DNA of 64,000 nt from assembly GCA_963747235.1 (NCBI GenBank), contig CAVVEU010000005.1, positions 64,189 through 128,188 on the forward strand. The letters are read 5' to 3'. The stretch is from an uncultured Candidatus Rokubacteria bacterium. GTDB taxonomy: Bacteria; Methylomirabilota; Methylomirabilia; Rokubacteriales; CSP1-6. Numbering within the stretch: position 1 is the stretch's first letter; every line of letters starts with the position of its first letter. The position numbers were made by a program, and so were the translations under genes. Positions 57,735 through 64,000 of this stretch are shown piece by piece. A model generated the notes under the pieces. The model worked only from the letters and a program-made list of their open reading frames with translations. It did no database searches and was not told where the DNA came from.

Positions 57735-58640
57735 CTAGAAGATCGCGAGCGGGTGCGCCGGCGCGCCGGTGGCGCCGACCAGACGCAGCGGCGTCGCGGT
57801 GAACAGGAACTCGTTGCGCCCTTCCTCCGCGCAGGCCTTGGCGAGACGCTCCGGGTCCGAGTTGTCGATCAGGGCCAGGCCCAGGAACGGGATGGCCAGG
57901 TGCGCCGACATGCCGAATCCCGGGTAGCGGCTGGGGCGCTCGTCCATCATGTCCCACGAGATGCCCGCGATGTCCTTGGCGCGGAACCACTCGAGGCAGG
58001 AGAGGTGCAGCCCCGGGTGCTCGGAGATGCGCGGCTTCCAGTCGGGGTTCTCGAGGCGGAAGCGCTCGTCGCCGCTGCGCACGACCACCACGTCGCCCGG
58101 CTCCACCTTCACGCCCGCGCGCCGCTCCGCCTCGTCCAGCTCGCGGGGCGTCACCGGATGGCCCACCGTGACGTAGCCCTCCTTGCGCCCCGCCGCGATG
58201 TCGAGGAAGACGCCGCGAGTGGTGATGCCGCGTTCGAAGATCGGGTCGATCGGGCACCAGAGCGCGCCCTCGGTGGTCAGGCTGTCCGCGAACGAGCGGC
58301 CGTTGTAGAGCTCGCCGTCCCAGCCCACGTGGCAGAGCGCGTCCACGTGGGTGATCCAGAAGCCGTGGTAGACCATGTCGAAGCGGTCGAGCACCACGTT
58401 CACCCGCTCGCGCTTGGACGGAAACGTCACGTGGTACATGTACACGGGGCGCGGGATCACGTCGCGCGCGAGCGACACGGTGCGGCCCTTCTTGATCAGC
58501 CGCTGCGCCTGCGCCTGCTTGGCGGGCGTGATCAGGTTCACCGTGCCGAGCTGGTCGTCGTGGCCCCAGCGGCCCCAGTTGTTCAGCTCCTTGAAGTACC
58601 CCTCGACGCGGTCGCGGGTGGGCAGGGCGGCATCGGCCAT
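57735..58640 (-). CDS. Cyclase family metal-dependent hydrolase
   Basis: NWGRWG.DDQLGT.N, HG...THVDAL.H, RGV.LD and PL...GATGAP..PLA motifs. Confidence 0.88.
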   Translation of the reverse strand: MADAALPTRDRVEGYFKELNNWGRWGHDDQLGTVNLITPAKQAQAQRLIKKGRTVSLARDVIPRPVYMYHVTFPSKRERVNVVLDRFDMVYHGFWITHVDALCHVGWDGELYNGRSFADSLTTEGALWCPIDPIFERGITTRGVFLDIAAGRKEGYVTVGHPVTPRELDEAERRAGVKVEPGDVVVVRSGDERFRLENPDWKPRISEHPGLHLSCLEWFRAKDIAGISWDMMDERPSRYPGFGMSAHLAIPFLGLALIDNSDPERLAKACAEEGRNEFLFTATPLRLVGATGAPAHPLAIF

Positions 58641-58662
58641 GGGAGCGATCCTTTCCGGGAGG

Positions 58663-59082
58663 CTAGCGGCGCGGGCCGAGGCGGAAGCCGAGCGCCGACG
58701 AGGCGATGAGCAGCAGGAAGACGGGCTGACGGAGCGAGGCCGCGCCCATGCCGGCGGCGGACAGGACGACGCCGGCCGCGAACGCGACCCAGAGCCCCCA
58801 CCATGCGATGGTCCCGCGCCGGGCCAGCGCGCGTGTGATCAGCGCGCCGAGCAGGGCGCCGAGCGCGACCGTGAACAGCAGCGACACGGGCAGATAGCCC
58901 GCGGGGTGCGGCGCGGTGGGATCCGCGAAGGCGGCCAGGCGCCAGCCGGCGCCCCAGACCGCGGACGACAGGAAAACCCAGGCGAGGGCCGCGAGATGGG
59001 GCGCCACGAGACCCGCGAGGCCGGCCAGCAGCGCGTCGCGGACCGTGCGCACCGGGAGGGCGGCCATGACCTGCGTCGTCAT
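58663..59082 (-). CDS. Small membrane protein
   Basis: About four hydrophobic segments; extended -10 immediately upstream. Confidence 0.6.
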   Translation of the reverse strand: MTTQVMAALPVRTVRDALLAGLAGLVAPHLAALAWVFLSSAVWGAGWRLAAFADPTAPHPAGYLPVSLLFTVALGALLGALITRALARRGTIAWWGLWVAFAAGVVLSAAGMGAASLRQPVFLLLIASSALGFRLGPRR

Positions 59083-59217
59083 GGCCGAAAAGGTAGCACG
59101 ATCCGCGCGATGCCGGATACTCGGTGACGCTTTCATGACGTTTCGATGACGGAGTGGCGACGGCTGCATGGCGTGTGGTAGCGTCCGCCCTGCCCCGGGG
59201 ACCGCCGGGGGTACCGC

Positions 59218-60066
59218 ATGCCGAGCTCGAGCCTTCGCCACGTCCTCAATGAGATATCCGTCCACGTGCGGGCCCTCCGGGCCCACGAGGCCGGCGCCCG
59301 CGCGGGCCGGGATCCCGAGCATCTCCACGAGATGCGGGTCGCGGTCCGCCGCCTTCGCGCCATCCTGCGCGCGAGCCGGGTCCTCTTCGACCCCGCCTGG
59401 GTGGACCGCCTCCGGGACGAGCTCGACTGGCTGGGCGGCGGGCTCGGCCTCGTCCGCGATCTCGACGTCCTGCACGCCTATCTGCGACCGCGACTGGCCG
59501 CGCTCGAGGGCGCCGAGCACCGGGCGGGACAGCGGGTGCTCCGGCGCCTCTCGGCCGACCGGACCCGGGCGCGGGCCGATCTCAACCGGGCGCTCGACAG
59601 CGCGCGCTATCCGAGAATCCTGGAGCAGCTCGAGACGTTCCTCTCCCGGCCGCCCGCGCTGGCATCGGACGTCTCCCTGCCCGACGTGGCCGCGACGGAG
59701 TGGAAACGGCTCCGCAAGGCGGTGCAGAAGCTGCCCGGGCGCCCGAGCGCGGACGAGCTCCACGCGGTGCGCATCAAGGTCAAGCGCGCGCGCTACGCGG
59801 CGGAGCTGGCGCGCGCCGCCGCGGGCGAGCACGGCAAGCGCTTCATCCACCAGGCCAAGAAGCTGCAAGACATCCTTGGCGATCTGCAGGACGCTGTGGT
59901 AATCGAACAGTATCTGCACGATGCCATCGATCGCACGGAGCCCGCGCAGGCCCTCGGCCGAGACCTCGTCAAGCGGCAGCGCAAGCGCCGGAAGAAAGCC
60001 CGCGCCGCCTTCTTCGAGGAGTGGCCGAAGCTCGAGCGCCGGGGCCGAGAGGCGTGGATCGCCTGA
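59218..60066 (+). CDS. CHAD domain (polyphosphate-binding) protein
   Basis: LHEMRVAVRRLR, RDLDV, LHAVRIKVKRARY and QDILGDLQD motifs. Confidence 0.92.
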   Translation: MPSSSLRHVLNEISVHVRALRAHEAGARAGRDPEHLHEMRVAVRRLRAILRASRVLFDPAWVDRLRDELDWLGGGLGLVRDLDVLHAYLRPRLAALEGAEHRAGQRVLRRLSADRTRARADLNRALDSARYPRILEQLETFLSRPPALASDVSLPDVAATEWKRLRKAVQKLPGRPSADELHAVRIKVKRARYAAELARAAAGEHGKRFIHQAKKLQDILGDLQDAVVIEQYLHDAIDRTEPAQALGRDLVKRQRKRRKKARAAFFEEWPKLERRGREAWIA

Positions 60067-60075
60067 CGGTCGCTC

Positions 60076-60573
60076 GTGAAGCTGCTGCTCATCCGGCACG
60101 CCCCCGCGGTCCGCAACGGGTCGGTCGGCATTCGTGACCGCGAGCGGCCGCTCACCCCTCGGGGCCGCGCGCGCTTTCGCCTCGCGGCCCGGGGGCTGGC
60201 CCGCATCGCCGACCGCCCCGACGTCCTCCTGACGAGCCCGCTGGTCCGGGCCCGCGCGACCGCCGAGATCGCGGCGGCCGCCTTCAAGAAGGTGACCCCG
60301 CGGGTCGAGCCCGCGCTGGGCCAGGAGAACGTGGACGCGGTGGTGGCCGCGCTGAAGAAATGCCCGCGCGACGCGATGGTCGCGGTGGTCGGCCACGAGC
60401 CCACGCTCTCGCGGCTCCTCGCGCGGATGCTCGGTGTGCACCAGGACGACGACCGCTTCGCCTTCAAGAAGGGCGGGGCGGCGCTCCTCGATCTCCCGGA
60501 CGGGCCGGCCGCCGCCGGCCAGCTCCGCTGGTTCGTCAAGCCGCGCATCCTCCGCTCGCTCGGCGGCGCGTAG
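60076..60573 (+). CDS. sixA: SixA-like histidine phosphatase
   Basis: LIRHA, RPLT, SPLVRA..TA, VGHEP and FKKGG motifs. Confidence 0.88.
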   Translation: MKLLLIRHAPAVRNGSVGIRDRERPLTPRGRARFRLAARGLARIADRPDVLLTSPLVRARATAEIAAAAFKKVTPRVEPALGQENVDAVVAALKKCPRDAMVAVVGHEPTLSRLLARMLGVHQDDDRFAFKKGGAALLDLPDGPAAAGQLRWFVKPRILRSLGGA

Positions 60574-60586
60574 CCTCCCGCCCGTC

Positions 60587-61537
60587 ATGACGGGACGCAC
60601 GAACGGCCGACCGCGCACGGACCTGCTCGCGATCGTGGACCTGGGCTCCGCCGCGGTCCGCTTCATCATCGCGCGCATCCGGCCGAGCGCCCGCTACGAC
60701 ATCGTGGTGGAGGAGCGGGTGCCGACCCGGCTGGGCAGCGGGGCCCCCGGCACGCTGCCCGCTCGCGCGATCGAGAAAACCATTCGTGCCGTCCACCGCT
60801 TCTTCGCGCGCTACTCGCCGCAGCGGCGCGAGGGTCCCCGCGTCCTGGCCATCGCGACGTCGGCGGTGCGCGACGCGCGCAATCGCGAGCGCCTCCTCGA
60901 TCCGCTGCGGCGCCAGGAGGGCATCGAAGTCCGCATCCTGAGCGCGCGCGACGAGGCGCGACTCGGCGTGGCCGCCGCGCGCGAGAGCCTGTCGTTCGGC
61001 GACGCGCTGGTGGCGGACCTGGGCGGCGCGAGCCTCCAGCTCAGCCGGGTCCGCGGCGGGCGCATCGTCTCGATGGCCAGCCTGCCCCTGGGCGCGGTGC
61101 GCACCACGCATCGGTACCTGCGCCACGATCCGCCCACCCGGCAGGAGCTGCGCGCGTTCCGCGACGTCATCCGCGAGCGGCTGCGCGCGGCCCTGCCCGC
61201 CGCCGAGCGCGGCGAGCCGTTGATCGGCCTGGGCGGCACCATGCGCACGCTCGCCAGCGTTCACCTCCGCGCGACGCCGGGCGAGCGCAAGCACCGCAAC
61301 GGGCTCGTGCTCCACCAGTCCGACGTCACCGCGATCCGCGAGCGGCTCGAGGCCCTCTCCGCCCGGCGCCGCCGGAAGATCCGCGGCCTCAAGGAGGAGC
61401 GCGCGGACATCATCCTCGCCGGGGCGATGGTGGTGGAAGAGGTCATGATCTTCGGCGGGTACCTGCGCCTCGTGATCTGCACCCGCGGCGTGCGCGACGG
61501 GCTGCTCTTCCAGGAAGCGTCGAAGCGGCGGAGCTGA
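60587..61537 (+). CDS. ppx: Ppx/GppA exopolyphosphatase (short form)
   Basis: DLGS, ATSAVRDA.N, DLGGAS, LPLGAVR, GGT, RADII and GVRDG motifs. Confidence 0.9.
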   Translation: MTGRTNGRPRTDLLAIVDLGSAAVRFIIARIRPSARYDIVVEERVPTRLGSGAPGTLPARAIEKTIRAVHRFFARYSPQRREGPRVLAIATSAVRDARNRERLLDPLRRQEGIEVRILSARDEARLGVAAARESLSFGDALVADLGGASLQLSRVRGGRIVSMASLPLGAVRTTHRYLRHDPPTRQELRAFRDVIRERLRAALPAAERGEPLIGLGGTMRTLASVHLRATPGERKHRNGLVLHQSDVTAIRERLEALSARRRRKIRGLKEERADIILAGAMVVEEVMIFGGYLRLVICTRGVRDGLLFQEASKRRS

Positions 61538-61547
61538 TCCGGCCGGA

Positions 61548-62732
61548 TCAGCCGAGCACGACCGCGTCCACCGGGCGCCGCGGGCTCGGCCCGGCGGGCC
61601 GCGTGGGCAGCCCCGCGCGGAACGCGAAGGTGGGCTTCCAGCCCGCCTCGCCGGTCAGCGCGGCCAGGGCGTCGGCGGCGCGCGGCGGCTTCCCCAGCTC
61701 GCGCTCCCGGTCCACCATCTCCACCGGCTGGTTGATCGGCTGCATCGCGAGCCCGCGCGCCGTCCCCATGAGATGCAGGCGCTGCCACCGCTGCCCCGCG
61801 CGCAGGGCCTGCGGGCGATCGTAGAGATCGCGCACCGCGATCAGGCCGAAGAGCGCGGTGGTGGGAATCTGCACGTCGCGCGTGGCGTCGTGCCAGTAGC
61901 GATGGCTCGTCTCGGCCGAAGCCGGCGGCATCAGCTTGCCCATCACGGTGACGAGCGAACCGAGCCCGGCCGCGTCCAGGGTGAGCCCGTCGCGCTTCCG
62001 CTGCACGTCGAACCAGCGATGGCGGAACCACCGGTCGCTGGCCACCACCATCTCGGGGTCCCCGATGATCGTCTCGGTGGCGGCCAGCACCAGGTCGCCG
62101 AACTGCTTGCGCTCGCCCGGCGCCGAGAAGAGGAAGAGGCGCACGTCGGTGTCGTCCTGGAAGGCGGCCCACATCGCCTCCAGCATCTCGCCCGGCACCG
62201 GGCGCCCGACCGCGTAGGCGCCGCGATCGGTGTGCCGCCGCGGGATGGCCTCCACCAGCTGGTCGGGCCGCGGCCGCGCGGGGTAGAGCGCGAGCGTCGC
62301 CACCGGCTGCGGGCGGGGCGCCGCGGCGGCCGCCGCGAGCGGGCCCGGATGCAGCGTGACCGCGACGTCGTAGCCCAGGACGCGGGCGGTTCGCGTCATG
62401 TTCTCGAGCGCGCAGCCGAGGCCGATGTGCATCTCGCGCAGGTAGGGATCGAAGGCGCCGAGGTTGCGCCGGATGTCGGCGAAGAGCTCGATGCGCGTGG
62501 CGCCCACCTGGAAGAGCCACGGCTGGGTGTTGTGGGGATTGGCGGCGAGGATGCCGGCCCGCACCAGCCCGAGGGGCCCCGGCGCCGCGTCGCTCCGCCA
62601 GTTCGTCCACGGCTCGTAGGCCGCGCCGGCGCGGGCCGCGAAGACGCCCTGATCGTACGCGCGCCAGACCAGTCCCCCGGCGGCCACGACCGCGACGGCT
62701 CCCGCACCCTTCAGCCAGGCTCGGCGGTTCAC
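61548..62732 (-). CDS. Acg-type FMN-binding nitroreductase with Tat signal
   Basis: NRRAWL leader, AANPHNTQPW, GCALEN, RRHTDR and SPRRP motifs. GTG 62732 is preferred as start (TGnTACCTT 8 nt upstream); the ORF track starts at 62750. Confidence 0.85.
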   Translation of the reverse strand: MNRRAWLKGAGAVAVVAAGGLVWRAYDQGVFAARAGAAYEPWTNWRSDAAPGPLGLVRAGILAANPHNTQPWLFQVGATRIELFADIRRNLGAFDPYLREMHIGLGCALENMTRTARVLGYDVAVTLHPGPLAAAAAAPRPQPVATLALYPARPRPDQLVEAIPRRHTDRGAYAVGRPVPGEMLEAMWAAFQDDTDVRLFLFSAPGERKQFGDLVLAATETIIGDPEMVVASDRWFRHRWFDVQRKRDGLTLDAAGLGSLVTVMGKLMPPASAETSHRYWHDATRDVQIPTTALFGLIAVRDLYDRPQALRAGQRWQRLHLMGTARGLAMQPINQPVEMVDRERELGKPPRAADALAALTGEAGWKPTFAFRAGLPTRPAGPSPRRPVDAVVLG

Positions 62733-62843
62733 GCGAGGAAAAGGTAGCACGGCGGCCCGGTTGACCGTCGCGCGGGCCCCGTGCTACAAGCGGGACTACC
62801 CCAACGGCAGCGCCAGCCGCAGGCCCGGCAAGGAGGCCCCGCC

Positions 62844-64000
62844 ATGGATCTCAACTACACCGCCGAGGACGTCGCCTTCCGCAAGCAGGTCCGCACGTGG
62901 CTCGAGCAGAACATGCCGCGGCACATCAAGAACCTGGACGAGCGCAAGGCCTGGCACCGCAAGCTCTACGAGGGCGGCTATCTCGGCATGGGGTGGCCGA
63001 AGGAGTACGGCGGCCAGGGCGCGCGGCCGATGGAGCAGGCCATCGTGGCCGACGAGATGGCGCGCGCGGGCGCGCCCGCCCCGACCAACAGCCTGGGCGT
63101 CGGCATCGTCGGCCCCACCATCGTGGTCCACGGCACCGACGCCCAGAAGCGACGCTATCTCCGCAAGATCCTCACCGCCGAGGAGATGTGGTGCCAGCTC
63201 TACTCCGAGCCGAACGCGGGTTCCGACCTGGCCGCGCTGCGCACCGCGGCGGAGGACAAGGGCGACCACTTCCTGATCAACGGGCAGAAGATCTGGACGA
63301 GCGGCGGCGCCCTCGCCGACTGGGGGCTGCTGCTCGCGCGCACCGATCCCGCGGTGGCCAAGCACAAGGGCATCACCTGCTTCCTGATGAACATGCGCCA
63401 GCCCGGGGTGGACGTGCGCCCGCTCAAGCAGATCACCGGCTCCTCGGAGTTCTGCGAAGTGTTCATGACCAACGCGCGGGTGGAGAAGGAGAACCAGATC
63501 GGGCGCCTGGGCGAAGGCTGGGGCATCGCGCAGACCACGCTCGGCTACGAGCGCGGCGGCCGCGCGCTCTCCCGCATCACCACCTATGCCTCGCAGTACA
63601 ACCAGTTGATGGACGCGGCGCGACGCCTCAAGCGCAACGGGCGGCCGATCCTGGACGACGCGGTGACGCGCCAGAAGCTCGGCCGCATCTGGGCCGATCT
63701 CGAGGTGGAGCGCTACGGCGCCCTGCGCACGCTGACCATGCTGGAGCGGGGCGAGCATCCCGGCGCGGGCGGCTCGCTCACCAAGCTCTCCTACTCCGAG
63801 TTCGAGAAGCGCTTCATGGAGCTGGCCGAGGAGATCCTCGGGCCGTACGGACAGCTCACCGAGGGCGTGCCCGCCGAGTACCGTTTGGAAGTCGACACCG
63901 CGGTGGGCGATCACGGCACGTGGGCCTACGCGTTCCTGTGGTCGCGCGCGGGCACGATCTACGCCGGCTCCTCGGAGATCCAGAAGAACGTCATCGGCGA
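62844..64000 (+). CDS. Acyl-CoA dehydrogenase (3' partial)
   Basis: AAGGAGG RBS; my translation gives MDLNYT..., WPKEYGG, WCQLYSEPNAGSDLA, NGQKIWTS and TIYAGSSEIQKNVIG. Runs off the window, so it is absent from the ORF track. Confidence 0.92.
   Translation, partial: MDLNYTAEDVAFRKQVRTWLEQNMPRHIKNLDERKAWHRKLYEGGYLGMGWPKEYGGQGARPMEQAIVADEMARAGAPAPTNSLGVGIVGPTIVVHGTDAQKRRYLRKILTAEEMWCQLYSEPNAGSDLAALRTAAEDKGDHFLINGQKIWTSGGALADWGLLLARTDPAVAKHKGITCFLMNMRQPGVDVRPLKQITGSSEFCEVFMTNARVEKENQIGRLGEGWGIAQTTLGYERGGRALSRITTYASQYNQLMDAARRLKRNGRPILDDAVTRQKLGRIWADLEVERYGALRTLTMLERGEHPGAGGSLTKLSYSEFEKRFMELAEEILGPYGQLTEGVPAEYRLEVDTAVGDHGTWAYAFLWSRAGTIYAGSSEIQKNVIG

Noticed and set aside
1-64000. Numerous long overlapping Arg/Ala/Gly/Pro-rich ORFs in the six-frame track; tRNA, rRNA and IS elements
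   Set aside because: The alternative-frame ORFs are expected at this GC content and overlap better-supported genes. I found no cloverleaf, rRNA-like segment, transposase or terminal inverted repeat by eye.

Overview
High-GC (roughly 70% by eye) bacterial chromosomal segment, densely coded, with about 68 genes. The gene repertoire and the 'RRTFL...ADQVIE' ABC substrate-binding protein suggest Candidatus Rokubacteria/Methylomirabilota (inference only). Content: an acyl-CoA catabolic operon, peptide-type ABC binding proteins and permeases, a sulfatase, an amidase, a benE-SIMPL-MaoC-MaoC-3-hydroxyanthranilate dioxygenase cluster, a HerA-like ATPase, a lower-GC islet of small exported proteins (about 35.9-38.6 kb), dusB, LemA/TPM genes, a six-gene hydrogenase-4-like (Ehr) membrane complex whose large subunit lacks the NiFe cysteines, idh, purC, cyclase plus hydantoinase A/B, and a CHAD-SixA-Ppx polyphosphate cluster. 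I found no rRNA, tRNA, CRISPR array, integrase or transposase. About nine genes are broken by indels, several of them an extra G in a G-run, most likely sequencing errors. The most interesting signals are non-coding or structural. (1) Three sigma-54 promoters; two share a GGCAG(A/G)A(T/C)GCCC box exactly 58 bp from the -24 element and precede small orphan genes. (2) A CCCCTCACCC...CCCTCTCCCC/GGGGAGAGGG palindromic repeat whose four copies all lie inside coding sequences. (3) Many leaderless-type promoters, including a 22-bp bidirectional one. (4) A 22-bp direct repeat of an ABC binding-protein gene's 3' end bracketing part of the accessory islet.
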